DNA of 64,000 bases from Candidatus Latescibacterota bacterium (GTDB lineage: Bacteria > Latescibacterota > UBA2968 > GCA-2709665). Positions 18,688-28,597 of the stretch are shown here, piece by piece; the first letter of the stretch is position 1, and each line of letters starts with the position of its first letter. A model generated the notes under the pieces. That model was not told where the DNA came from. It saw only the letters and a program-made list of their open reading frames with translations, and did no database searches. The DNA is taken from contig OZ242358.1 of the NCBI GenBank assembly GCA_965208835.1, forward strand, positions 1,312,001-1,376,000, read 5' to 3'. The position numbers and the translations under genes are program-made.

Positions 18688-21183
18688 ATGACCCGGATTC
18701 TGCGTGAGGAACATCCCCGGCTGTACCGTCCGGCCGACGATCCGTTGTACAGGTTCAACCCGCCGGAGGATGAGGCCCGAAAACGTATTCTGGGAAACAT
18801 CCTCGCGGACTGCGAGGAATACCGTTCTCAGCGTCCGTGGAAACGCATCCCCGAACGGCCGGACAGCCCGCACCCGTACCACCAGCTGTACCTCACCTTC
18901 TATACGGGGATGCACGCAACCGCGCTCATGGAGAACTATGCATTCGCGTGGAAGCTGACCGGTGAGCCGCGCTGGCTGAAACGCGCCAGAGACTGGATGC
19001 GGGCGGCGTCTGAGTGGGAGCACAGCGACCGCGTGGAGGAGCATTTCTATACCGCAAATCGCTATATGCAGGCGTTTGCGCTCTCGCTGGACCTGCTGGA
19101 CGATGTGTTGCCGGACGGCGAAAAAGTACGGGCGACGGCGTGCCTCGTTCGGTTGATGGAGCGCTGGTGGCCCGACGTGGAGAGGTCCAGGCATTCGTCC
19201 GACGGACGGCACCACGCCGTGGTCGACAACGGGCACTTCGGCGCGGCGGCCCTGCATCTGCTTGGAAAGCATCCCGATGCGGAAGCGTGGGTGGCGGCCG
19301 TTGTCGACCGGTTTCGTGCCGGGGTGATGCCCAATGGCTGCGGGCGGGACGGCGAGCCCGGAGACGGCGCCTCGTTCTGGCCGTGGGAGAACCTGTGGAT
19401 GCTTCACTTCGCCGACGCGCTGCGAAATGTAACCGGCGAGGATCTCTACAGAGAGTTCCCGAAGCGCCTGGAACGGCCCCTGAAGTGGTTCCGTTACCAC
19501 CTGGCGCCCCCGGAGGTGATCGAAGACAGGGTCTATTATCCGCAGAATTCGAACGTGATTACGGGCAGTCAGCTCAATGCGTGTTCGGTGACCCTGCTTC
19601 GCCTGGCTCAGGAGGCGGGAGACGGGGAGATGCGTGACGTGGCGCTCGGCGATCCGAGATTGGGGAGGCTTTACAGATTCGGAATGGGCGTGAAGGGCAC
19701 CAGTGCCGAGTGCATGGTCTCGTACGGTCCGTATGCGTATTGCTATTGCGATCCGGCGTTCCATCCGTCCCGTCGCAGGCAGGAACTGCCGCTTTCCAGG
19801 ACGTTTATGCGGGCGCACTATGGCGAGGCGGGGATCCTTAGAAGCGGATGGGACAGGGATGCGGTCGTCTGCAGCGTGACCGGATACAAGGGCGGGGGCG
19901 CTCACGGGTATCTGAACCTGCACGCACAGTGGTCCGGTTATCCGGTCCTGAAGTCGATCTCCGCGGAAGAGGCGCAGCCGGTGGCCTGCGGGAGTCTTCC
20001 CTTCGTGGGCGGCCAGAACGAGATCGTTGCGTTTCTGAAGCGGCTGGACAGGCAGGAGCGGTTCGACCGGTTGCGCGTCCAGTCCGTTCGAACGGACCAG
20101 GAATACTGGCTGCTGAAGGGAGCCTGGCCAATCCTGGTGACGGCCTTGAGACGCCGTCGCCGCGGGGTGAAGTTGACGCGAAGACGGAGCGAGGGTTTTG
20201 CGCGATTGAATGGTCGGGACTGTCTGCAGTACGAACGCGGACCTTTCTTCAATCCCAGGGCCGGCGAATTGAAGATGCGTTTCCGGCTGAATGGCGAGCC
20301 AGGTAAAGACGGGCCAGGGGTTCTGTTCAATACGGGAATCGGCGTGGGGCGCGTGATGGGAAGCCGGGTGAACAATTACTCGCTGGCGATAATGGAAGGA
20401 AACGCGCTCACGTTCGTCGTACAGAGCCAGCGAAATACGTCGGTTGAGATGACGTCGCCCGTGAAGATCGAAACCGGCACGTGGCACGACGCGGCCATCC
20501 GTTGGGGCGGGTTCAACCGCCGGGGGGACAGTCCGTTCATCGAGATCGAAGTCGACGGCAGCAGGAACCGGTTCGACGATCCCGCGGTTTTCGGAGAACT
20601 GGGCGTGGATTCGCAGAACCTCGAATCGCGCGACGAGCCCAGGACGTTCTACATCAAGTCGAATACGGTGCTCGCCTTCGGCGGCGCGGTCCAGATGCCC
20701 GGGACAGGGTTGAAATGCGATCTCGCCATGCTGGACCTGAAGTGCCCCGGGCGCCGGCGACTGAAGGTGGATTTCGAGACGGACATGGGGCCCGAAACGG
20801 GAAGCGCTGCGTTTGGTTGGAAATTGAACCCGGTGGACCTGCGGGACGTGCGGTCAGACCTGGCGCAGTTCGGTGCGGGCGAGCGGACCGTCGACGTAAT
20901 GCCGCTTTTCGGCGAGGGCGCCTGTTGCGAGCAGGAGGAGGTCCCCTTCGCACCCGCCGGACTGGCGGCGGGAAGCCTGAAGAGCTTCGTCCCGGGCGGA
21001 CGGGACCCCAGCACGCGCACGCGTCTTTGGACACCCGGGGACGTCCTGGTCTTCGCGTTCCTGGATCACAGCCTTAACGCGCAGGTGACAGCAGACGAGA
21101 ATGGATTCGTGTTCGGGGCGGGCAACGATCGCTACGCGTTCGACGTCAATGGAACGGGCGAGGATATCCTCACCATGATTTAA
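18688..21183 (+). CDS. Heparinase II/III-like / DUF4962-type polysaccharide lyase-like protein with LamG/ConA-like insert
   Basis: Helical N-terminal part (AFAWKLTGEPRW, DGEPGDGASFW), ILRSGW motif, and a LamG-like segment (GTWHDAAIRWG...IEVDG). Confidence 0.6.
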   Translation: MTRILREEHPRLYRPADDPLYRFNPPEDEARKRILGNILADCEEYRSQRPWKRIPERPDSPHPYHQLYLTFYTGMHATALMENYAFAWKLTGEPRWLKRARDWMRAASEWEHSDRVEEHFYTANRYMQAFALSLDLLDDVLPDGEKVRATACLVRLMERWWPDVERSRHSSDGRHHAVVDNGHFGAAALHLLGKHPDAEAWVAAVVDRFRAGVMPNGCGRDGEPGDGASFWPWENLWMLHFADALRNVTGEDLYREFPKRLERPLKWFRYHLAPPEVIEDRVYYPQNSNVITGSQLNACSVTLLRLAQEAGDGEMRDVALGDPRLGRLYRFGMGVKGTSAECMVSYGPYAYCYCDPAFHPSRRRQELPLSRTFMRAHYGEAGILRSGWDRDAVVCSVTGYKGGGAHGYLNLHAQWSGYPVLKSISAEEAQPVACGSLPFVGGQNEIVAFLKRLDRQERFDRLRVQSVRTDQEYWLLKGAWPILVTALRRRRRGVKLTRRRSEGFARLNGRDCLQYERGPFFNPRAGELKMRFRLNGEPGKDGPGVLFNTGIGVGRVMGSRVNNYSLAIMEGNALTFVVQSQRNTSVEMTSPVKIETGTWHDAAIRWGGFNRRGDSPFIEIEVDGSRNRFDDPAVFGELGVDSQNLESRDEPRTFYIKSNTVLAFGGAVQMPGTGLKCDLAMLDLKCPGRRRLKVDFETDMGPETGSAAFGWKLNPVDLRDVRSDLAQFGAGERTVDVMPLFGEGACCEQEEVPFAPAGLAAGSLKSFVPGGRDPSTRTRLWTPGDVLVFAFLDHSLNAQVTADENGFVFGAGNDRYAFDVNGTGEDILTMI

Positions 21184-21218
21184 GGGAGCATGTAGGGATT
21201 TCAGCGGCCACTCGCCGA

Positions 21219-21476
21219 CCCTTCGGCAATCCTTCGGCATTTCGACAAGCTCAATGCAGGCGGGCTCAGGACAACGGCTCAGGGAGCGGCTCGGGGCGCC
21301 CCACGGGGGCTTGCGGCGAAACACTTTGGCCGCGGGCTAAATGACGTTCGTTGAGCAATTCGATGCGTGGTCATTGAGCTTGTCGAAATGCCCGCGATTG
21401 TAAATGTGGTGAACGTCGCTTGGAATCCCTTCCAGGTTGGTTTTTTGTCTTGTAGGGGCGTCCCTTGTGGGCGCCC
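21219..21476. repeat. Cluster of REP-like palindromes (CTTCGACAAGCTCA type and GTAG type)
   Basis: CATTTCGACAAGCTCAATG at 21238-21256 and its reverse complement at 21372-21390; GTAGGGGCGTCCCTTGTGGGCGCCC at 21452-21476. Confidence 0.75.
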
Positions 21477-21514
21477 GGTTTTCGCGGGCGACATCATTTT
21501 CACGATACTTGAAC

Positions 21515-24500
21515 ATGCATCCCAATTCTCCCAATTGTTACATTTCAATTGACCTGGAGGTCGGAAAGAACGACGGCCGCATCCGTGCTTTCGCTGCGGT
21601 TCGCACGGACACCGATCGGTCCATGATCTTCCAGACGGGGAAAATGACAACGGCGTTGGCGGAACTCGACGATTTCGCCAAAGGCGCGGATTTCCTGCTC
21701 GGCCATAACCTGATTGCCTTCGATCTGCCGCATCTCGCAGCGGCGAATTCGAACCTGCGGCTGTTGAAACTGCCTGCCGTCGATACACTGAAACTGAACC
21801 CTCTCGCCTTTCCTCGCAATCCCTATCACCACCTCGTGAAGCACTACCAGGACCCTCAACTCAGACAAGGGCGCTTAAACGACCCGGAACTCGACGCGCG
21901 CCTCGCCCTGGATGTTTTTCGCGACCAGCGCAGGGCATTGGAGACGGTCATTCGGGACACCCCGGACCTTCCCCTGGCGTGGCACTGGCTCACGTCGACC
22001 GCGGGTGACGGTTCAGGCATCGACGCGTTTTCCGGAAATGAAGCGACCGGTCTCGACGCATTGTTCTCCGCGCTGCGACGGAATCAACGGCCTTCGGACG
22101 CCGAGGCAAGCGCAGCCATAGGCAGCCTCTTGAATGGCAACGCCTGTCAGAACAGCGGCCAGGTTGTCATTCAAAATCCCAAAGAGTTCGGCTGGCCTCT
22201 TGCTTACGCCATCGCCTGGCTGTCGGTCGCCGGGGGCAATTCGGTGATGCCGCCGTGGGTACGGCATCAGTTCCCGGATGCCGGTAAGCTCGTTCGCCGG
22301 TTGCGGGACAGGCCGTGCGGCGAGTCGGACTGCGAATGGTGCAATGAGCGGCACGACCCGCGTAAGGAACTGAAGCGATGGTTCGGATTCGACGACTTTC
22401 GACCGGAACCAGCCGACAAAGACGGTCGCCCGATGCAGCAGAACATCTGCGAAGCTGCAATGGCGGGCGATCACGTTCTGGGCATCCTTCCAACCGGAAC
22501 CGGAAAGTCACTTTGTTACCAAATTCCCGCTCTGTCTCGCTATGACAAGATTGGCGCGCTGACCGTGGTGATTTCGCCGCTCGTCGCACTCATGGCTGAC
22601 CAGGTTGCCGGGCTGGAAGCAAGGGGAATATCCTCCTGTGTGGCCATCAACGGACTGCTATCGATGCCCGAACGCGCCGATGCGCTGGACCGGGTGCGTC
22701 TCGGGGACGCCGGGATGGTACTCGTTTCGCCCGAGCAACTCCGCAGTCACTCCTTCCGTCGTGTCCTGGACCAACGCGAAATCGGCGCGTGGGTGCTGGA
22801 CGAAGCCCATTGCCTCTCGCGATGGGGCCACGATTTCCGTCCCGATTACCGCTATATAGGACGGTTCATCCGTGAGAAGGCGGGAGAGGAGCCGATCCCC
22901 CCGGTGATATGCCTGACGGCGACCGCAAAGCCCGACGTCGTCGCCGACATCAGACAGCATTTTCAGGACGAGTTACAGATCGAGTTAAGCGTGTTCGACG
23001 GCGGGGCCCAGCGTACGAATCTGGAATTCGTGGTCGTGAAGACGACCGAACCGGAGAAATTCGCGCACATCCATCAGATACTGATGGCGGACCTGCCGCC
23101 GGATACCCCCGGGGGCGCCATCGTCTATTGCGCAACGCGACGCCAGACGGAAGAGGCGGCGCAGTTCCTCCAAATGAAGGACGTTGCCGCGGAATACTTT
23201 CACGCGGGGCTGCAGCCTGAGACCAAGAAGAGCGTGCAGCAGCGATTCATCGAGGGCGAGTTGCGGGTGATTACGGCCACCAATGCCTTCGGCATGGGCA
23301 TCGACAAACCGGACGTGCGCCTGGTGATTCACGCGGACATTCCCGGTTCGCTGGAGAACTACATGCAGGAGGCCGGCCGCGCGGGGCGGGACCGAAAGAC
23401 CGCGCGATGCGTACTCCTTTACACGCCGGAGGACGTGGAACGGCAGTTCGGCATGTCGGCATATTCGCGGCTCACAAGGCGGGAGATCCACGGTGTCCTG
23501 AGGGCACTCCGAAATCTGGACCGCAAGAAACGGCTTGGCGGTGAGGTTGTTGCTACAACAGGTGAGATCCTTGGTGAAGACCACGAAAATGCCTTCGAAC
23601 GGGACTCCGCCACGGACGATACACGTGTACGAACCGCCGTCTCCTGGCTGGAAGAAACGGTATTGTTGTCCCGGGAGGAAAACCGGGTACAGGTATTCCC
23701 ATCGTCTCTGCGAGTCAACACAGTGAAGGAGGCAAGTGCCAAGTTCCAGAGGCGAAGGATTGCAGAGGGATATCGACGGCAGTTGCTGAGAATCGTCGAA
23801 GCACTCATCGATGCGGATCCCGACGAGGGTATCTCTACGGACGAACTGATGGGCGTGTCCGGGTTGAGTCCCGAAGGCGTACGTCGCGCCATGTACGATC
23901 TCGAGCAGCTCGGTATCGCCAGCAATGATACTGCACTTACTGCCTTTGTTCATGCTGGCGTGGCGCGAAACTCACGGAAGCGCTTTGATGAAGCGGTGGA
24001 GCTGGAGAATGGTTTGATCGCGCAGATGCGGGAGACCGCACCTGATATGAGCAAGGGAGACAAGTGGCCACTCTTTTTGCGCCTTGCCTCTCAGAAGCTG
24101 CGAGACGAGGATGTGGCCGATCCCCTTCCCGAGAGACTGTGGCGCATCTTGCGCAGTATCGCCAATGACGGCCGCGGTGAAGGCGGTGACGCGGGCAGTC
24201 TGGGTATACGACGGCGAGACCCCGATACCGTGAACCTCGAACTGCGACGCGAGTGGACGAGCCTCGCAGAACTCGCGTCGCGCCGGCGTGCAGGGGCGAA
24301 ACTCCTGCTCGATCACCTGCTGTCCTGCCTGCCCCCCAACGCTCGCGGCACGGACCTGCTCGCCGAGACGACCCTCGGCAAGCTGCTCGCCGCGATCACG
24401 TCGGATATCGTCCTGAAGAGCAGGAATCCGGAAAAACTGCTGGATCGCGCCCTTTTGTGGCTCCACGAGCAGGAGGTCATACGACTCCACAAGGGCCTCG

Positions 24501-26728
24501 CGGTCTTCCGTCAGGCGATGACGATCAAATTGACGGATGAGAAGCGAGGCTTTGCCAAGTCAGACTTCGAACCGTTGAGGCTTCACTATAAGGGCCAGGC
24601 GCTGCAGATCCACGTCATGGCCGAATTCGCACAACGCGGGTTCGACAATATGGCTGACGCGTTGCGACTGGCACTTGACTATTTCAGTCTCACACAGGAA
24701 GCTTTCCTCAGCCGATGGTTGCCGGAAAGGGGCAAGGAAATCGAGCGGGAGACCACGCCCGAATCCTGGCGGGCAATCGTCGAAAGCCTCAATAATCCCG
24801 TGCAGCAGCGCATCGTCGCGGACGATCGGGAACAGGTGAACGTACTCGTGCTGGCCGGGCCGGGGTCCGGAAAGACCCGCGTACTGGTGCATCGCATCGC
24901 CTACCTTGTCCGCGCACGTCGCGAGAATCCCCGCGGAATTCTGGCGCTGGCCTACAACAGGCACGCGGCGGTCGAGATTCGGAAACGCCTGAAGGAGTTG
25001 ATCGGAGACGATGCCCGGGGTGTGACCGTCCAAACCTGCCACGCGTTGGCGATGCGACTCGTCGGTGTGAGTTTTCAGGATAGGGAACGGCGGCCGCTGG
25101 ACGACGACGCGTTCCGTGAGGTGTTGCGCCAGGCGGTGGCTCTACTGCGCGGTGAGGGTCTGGAGCCGGAAGACGCGGGCGATCAGCGGGAACGGCTGCT
25201 CAGGGGCTTCCGCTGGATCCTGGTAGACGAGTATCAGGACATTGGTGAGGAACAGTACGCACTGATATCGGCCCTCGCCGGAAGGACTCTGCAGGATGAG
25301 GACCGAAAACTCACACTCTTCGCCGTGGGCGACGACGATCAGAACATCTATGCCTTCAACGGCGCTTCGGTAGAGTTCATCCGTCGCTTCGAAGCGGATT
25401 ACGGGCCGAGACCCAGCTACCTCATCGATAATTACCGTTCTACCGGCAACATCATCACAGTGGCCAACGACCTGATCGAACCCGCTCGACAAAGGTTGAA
25501 AACCGGACACCCGATCCGCATCGACCGCGCGCGAGCGAAGAAGCCGCCTGGCGGCGAATGGGCTGGCCTGGATTCCGTCGCACGTGGAAGAGTTCAAGTA
25601 CTGCCTTCGATTCCTGATCCGATTTCGCAGGCGCAGGTCGCCATGAAAGAGTTTCAGCGCCTCGCAGATTTATCGCCGAATTGGGATTGGTCCGCGTGTG
25701 CGGTGATCGCACGCGAGTGGAAATACCTGGACCCGGTGCGCGCGTTCTGTGAAGTGAATGGTATCCCGGCGCAGATGGCGAATGAGGGGATACCCGGTTT
25801 CTGGCACCTGCGGGAAACCCGCGCGTTTGTCGAATGGCTGCGCGGCAGGGACGCCCGCCTTGTGGATGCATCGGGCCTGACTGAGTGGGTGGGAGCTCAG
25901 CCGAAGGGGACATGGACCGAACTTCTGCGGCAGGCACTCGACGAGCACGCCCTGGAAGCCGGAAACGGCGAAGTGCCGGTGGACCACTTCATCGAGTGGT
26001 TGGCAGAGTGGGGGCGGGATGTACGCCGCCGCCAGCGCGGGCTCTTATTGTCGACGGCGCACCGCGCCAAGGGTCTGGAGTTCGATCACATCGTGGTACT
26101 CGACGGTGGCTGGGACAAGAGGAACGGTGGCGAAGACGACGACGCGCCACGCAGGCTCTACTACGTGGCGATGACACGCGCTAAACAGACGCTCGCGCTT
26201 GTTCACTTTCAGGGATCCCGACACGGAGGTCGTCCCGTACGGTCGGACACCGTTAGCGAACCAGCACCACCAGCGTACCTGGAGCCGCTCCACCCGGCGC
26301 CCTATAGATTTCCCGATAACGGCGCAATTCTGCACCGCAAGACTAGTGCTGTCGCGGAAAACTCCAGCGAACTCAGCCGCCAATATCGGCGGCCGACACT
26401 GAGTGAGGTCAACTTAGGCTTTGCCGGTCGGCGCCACGCAGGACATCTCGTGCATCGCGCAATTGCTGACCTGTCAACCGGCGATCCGCTCGAGACGAGG
26501 ATTGACGAATACGGGCGATGGGAATTGCTGGACAGGTCGGGTACGGTGGTGGGACGCCTTGCCGAGGCGTTTGAACCTCCGCCGGACATGCAGTGCAAGA
26601 CCGCCACGGTCTACGCGGTCGTGGCGTGGAGCCGCGAAGCATCGGAACCTGGGTTCCGTGAACATGCAAAATGCGATACCTGGGAGGTTGTGGTACCGGA
26701 ACTGGTGTTCGAACCTGAGAGCGGGTAG
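21515..26728 (+). CDS. Multidomain fusion: DEDD-like 3'-5' exonuclease + RecQ (SF2) helicase + UvrD/Rep (SF1) helicase
   Basis: Exonuclease: IDLE, GHNLIAFD. RecQ: PTGTGKSLCYQ, DEAHCLSRWGHDFRPDY, AFGMGIDKPDVR, QEAGRAGRD. UvrD: AGPGSGKT, VDEYQD, VGDDDQNIY, NYRS, HRAKGLEF, YVAMTRA. Confidence 0.92.
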   Translation: MHPNSPNCYISIDLEVGKNDGRIRAFAAVRTDTDRSMIFQTGKMTTALAELDDFAKGADFLLGHNLIAFDLPHLAAANSNLRLLKLPAVDTLKLNPLAFPRNPYHHLVKHYQDPQLRQGRLNDPELDARLALDVFRDQRRALETVIRDTPDLPLAWHWLTSTAGDGSGIDAFSGNEATGLDALFSALRRNQRPSDAEASAAIGSLLNGNACQNSGQVVIQNPKEFGWPLAYAIAWLSVAGGNSVMPPWVRHQFPDAGKLVRRLRDRPCGESDCEWCNERHDPRKELKRWFGFDDFRPEPADKDGRPMQQNICEAAMAGDHVLGILPTGTGKSLCYQIPALSRYDKIGALTVVISPLVALMADQVAGLEARGISSCVAINGLLSMPERADALDRVRLGDAGMVLVSPEQLRSHSFRRVLDQREIGAWVLDEAHCLSRWGHDFRPDYRYIGRFIREKAGEEPIPPVICLTATAKPDVVADIRQHFQDELQIELSVFDGGAQRTNLEFVVVKTTEPEKFAHIHQILMADLPPDTPGGAIVYCATRRQTEEAAQFLQMKDVAAEYFHAGLQPETKKSVQQRFIEGELRVITATNAFGMGIDKPDVRLVIHADIPGSLENYMQEAGRAGRDRKTARCVLLYTPEDVERQFGMSAYSRLTRREIHGVLRALRNLDRKKRLGGEVVATTGEILGEDHENAFERDSATDDTRVRTAVSWLEETVLLSREENRVQVFPSSLRVNTVKEASAKFQRRRIAEGYRRQLLRIVEALIDADPDEGISTDELMGVSGLSPEGVRRAMYDLEQLGIASNDTALTAFVHAGVARNSRKRFDEAVELENGLIAQMRETAPDMSKGDKWPLFLRLASQKLRDEDVADPLPERLWRILRSIANDGRGEGGDAGSLGIRRRDPDTVNLELRREWTSLAELASRRRAGAKLLLDHLLSCLPPNARGTDLLAETTLGKLLAAITSDIVLKSRNPEKLLDRALLWLHEQEVIRLHKGLAVFRQAMTIKLTDEKRGFAKSDFEPLRLHYKGQALQIHVMAEFAQRGFDNMADALRLALDYFSLTQEAFLSRWLPERGKEIERETTPESWRAIVESLNNPVQQRIVADDREQVNVLVLAGPGSGKTRVLVHRIAYLVRARRENPRGILALAYNRHAAVEIRKRLKELIGDDARGVTVQTCHALAMRLVGVSFQDRERRPLDDDAFREVLRQAVALLRGEGLEPEDAGDQRERLLRGFRWILVDEYQDIGEEQYALISALAGRTLQDEDRKLTLFAVGDDDQNIYAFNGASVEFIRRFEADYGPRPSYLIDNYRSTGNIITVANDLIEPARQRLKTGHPIRIDRARAKKPPGGEWAGLDSVARGRVQVLPSIPDPISQAQVAMKEFQRLADLSPNWDWSACAVIAREWKYLDPVRAFCEVNGIPAQMANEGIPGFWHLRETRAFVEWLRGRDARLVDASGLTEWVGAQPKGTWTELLRQALDEHALEAGNGEVPVDHFIEWLAEWGRDVRRRQRGLLLSTAHRAKGLEFDHIVVLDGGWDKRNGGEDDDAPRRLYYVAMTRAKQTLALVHFQGSRHGGRPVRSDTVSEPAPPAYLEPLHPAPYRFPDNGAILHRKTSAVAENSSELSRQYRRPTLSEVNLGFAGRRHAGHLVHRAIADLSTGDPLETRIDEYGRWELLDRSGTVVGRLAEAFEPPPDMQCKTATVYAVVAWSREASEPGFREHAKCDTWEVVVPELVFEPESG

Positions 26729-26783
26729 GCCTGCGATGATGGGCGACAGGGTGGCAGATGTTATGGCGTCAGGCAGGTAAATC

Positions 26784-27038
26784 TCATGGAAACCGGTTAT
26801 CAAGGTCTCCATAGATGATTTCGCGCAGATCCTGCCACGAGCAGGATTCCAACGGATCGGACGAACGCGGATTGCCCGTACTTAAATCAGGAAGCCGGTA
26901 TTGAGTTCGAGGCTTCGGTCCGGCGAGTACCTCTCTCAGTCCTTCCTCGACCACCGCGCGCAATGTACGCCCCGACTTCCTCGCGTACTGTTTTGCTCTC
27001 GCCAGCAGTTCGTCTTGAATATCAATCGTTGTTTTCAT
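26784..27038 (-). CDS. VapB-like (RHH / DUF2191-type) antitoxin, orphan
   Basis: MKTTIDIQDELLARAKQYARKSGRTLRAVVEEGLR pattern. Confidence 0.8.
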   Translation of the reverse strand: MKTTIDIQDELLARAKQYARKSGRTLRAVVEEGLREVLAGPKPRTQYRLPDLSTGNPRSSDPLESCSWQDLREIIYGDLDNRFP

Positions 27039-27169
27039 GATTCCCATATAATACGATACAGTCGAGCAATAGAAGCAAGTATTCGGTCGAAACCGCATGT
27101 CGCCACTGTCACATATTGTCCTAGGTAGAACAGGCGCACCCTCCGCGGGGCGCGATCTCGCGGATTCGG

Positions 27170-28429
27170 TTACTCATCAATCAAGCCTCGCATAAGTAGA
27201 CTTTCAAATCTACCGTCGTCCGCTCCGCTCTCAAGGGCTTGTCCGATCGCTGTCTCACTAAAAAGCGGTCCTTCTACATCGAACGGTTCGATAACGGTTC
27301 CAAGCTCGTCACGTCGCACGTTGAAAATGCCGATCTCCTCCTGGCTGATCGACTCTCGCTTTGCCTTCAATATTGCATCTACGAACAACGGTGAATGCGT
27401 GGTGACAACAAGCTGCCTTTGGTTTGCAGCGGTCTCGTTTGGAGTCGTAAGTGACAGCAGCAACTGTGCGATCAGTTCGAGTCTTCGAGGGTGAACGCCA
27501 TTCTCGGGTTCCTCCAGTGCGACCAGCGCGCCACCCCAGGGATTCACCGCAATCGCGCATAACGCGAGTACCCGAAGTGTACCTTCCGAAAGCACGCGTG
27601 ACGAGTAATCGATGCCAGATTGCCTTATTGACAAATTGAGTGTGCCACTTTGTTCGTCGAGCCAAACGCTCAGATTTTCCACGCTTGGAATGACCGACCT
27701 CAATGCACGCGATACGGCGTCGAAATACTTGGGTTGCTGGGCCTTGAGTTTATACAGAAAGGGCGCGACATACTCGCCATGGATGCCGATATCTATGACG
27801 TCGGCAGGCGGGACCTCGTTGCGCATGGACATCCGCGGCTCGAAGTAGTAAGTCCGCCAATTGAGCAACTCCGCCCGTACCTGATCGAGCCATGGAAATC
27901 CATCTCCGCTCAGGCTCTGATCCGATAGGATTGTGTGATTCAATCCCGTTGGCTCGTTGCGCCTCTTCGCTATTCCCTTGCGTCGTATGCGAAACTGGTT
28001 GCCTTTCCTCTCAATGATTGGATTACCTTTCGCTTTCCCATTCATTGTTAGTTGTGCAAGAAACTCGTCGGATATGCTCAGTTGCCCCGAATTGAAATCG
28101 ATTTCGGGTTCGACGCGATACCTGTACCGTCCCCGAACAGTCTGAAGCTCCGCATCCAGCGAGAAGGAGGCGGCGCCCTGTCGAAGTATGGCCTGTAATC
28201 CCTTCGAAGCGAAGGAAAACGCCTCGAAAGCATGGCCACGTATCGGGAAACGACCGCCAAGTGCATCGAACAAGGTTCGGGAATTTCCTATCCATGAAAG
28301 TGCCTGGATCGCGTCTATAAGATTACTCTTACCAGCCCCATTCGGACCGAACAGCACAGCCAAGCGGGGCAACTCGATCGTCACCTCGCCAAGCGATTTG
28401 AAGTTTCTGGCTGTTAGTCGGGATAGCAT
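27170..28429 (-). CDS. AAA_21/AAA_15-type ABC ATPase (defence-associated class)
   Basis: NFKS, GPNGAGKSN (Walker A), LSEGTLR signature, LEEPENGVHP (Walker B) and TTHSP. Confidence 0.88.
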   Translation of the reverse strand: MLSRLTARNFKSLGEVTIELPRLAVLFGPNGAGKSNLIDAIQALSWIGNSRTLFDALGGRFPIRGHAFEAFSFASKGLQAILRQGAASFSLDAELQTVRGRYRYRVEPEIDFNSGQLSISDEFLAQLTMNGKAKGNPIIERKGNQFRIRRKGIAKRRNEPTGLNHTILSDQSLSGDGFPWLDQVRAELLNWRTYYFEPRMSMRNEVPPADVIDIGIHGEYVAPFLYKLKAQQPKYFDAVSRALRSVIPSVENLSVWLDEQSGTLNLSIRQSGIDYSSRVLSEGTLRVLALCAIAVNPWGGALVALEEPENGVHPRRLELIAQLLLSLTTPNETAANQRQLVVTTHSPLFVDAILKAKRESISQEEIGIFNVRRDELGTVIEPFDVEGPLFSETAIGQALESGADDGRFESLLMRGLIDE

Positions 28430-28597
28430 GGTGGCCTCATGTCTCGGCAGTTCTGGACGTGATCAATCGTCCACTTCTTTCCGCTGAATCCAAATTGAAA
28501 CATATAACTCGTTGAAGTTCTCCGACCTTACGATCGCAGGTAGGCACCACCCAAGTACGATTCCCGTTGCAATTCGCTGTTCAGGTACCCAAGGTGG

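Noticed and set aside
17626-20487. 953-aa minus-strand ORF and other long antisense ORFs (e.g. 36467-38587, 55934-57394, 51393-52814, 7397-8812, 47044-48426)
   Set aside because: They are shadows of well-supported genes on the opposite strand, expected from GC-rich codon bias, and contain no recognisable motifs.
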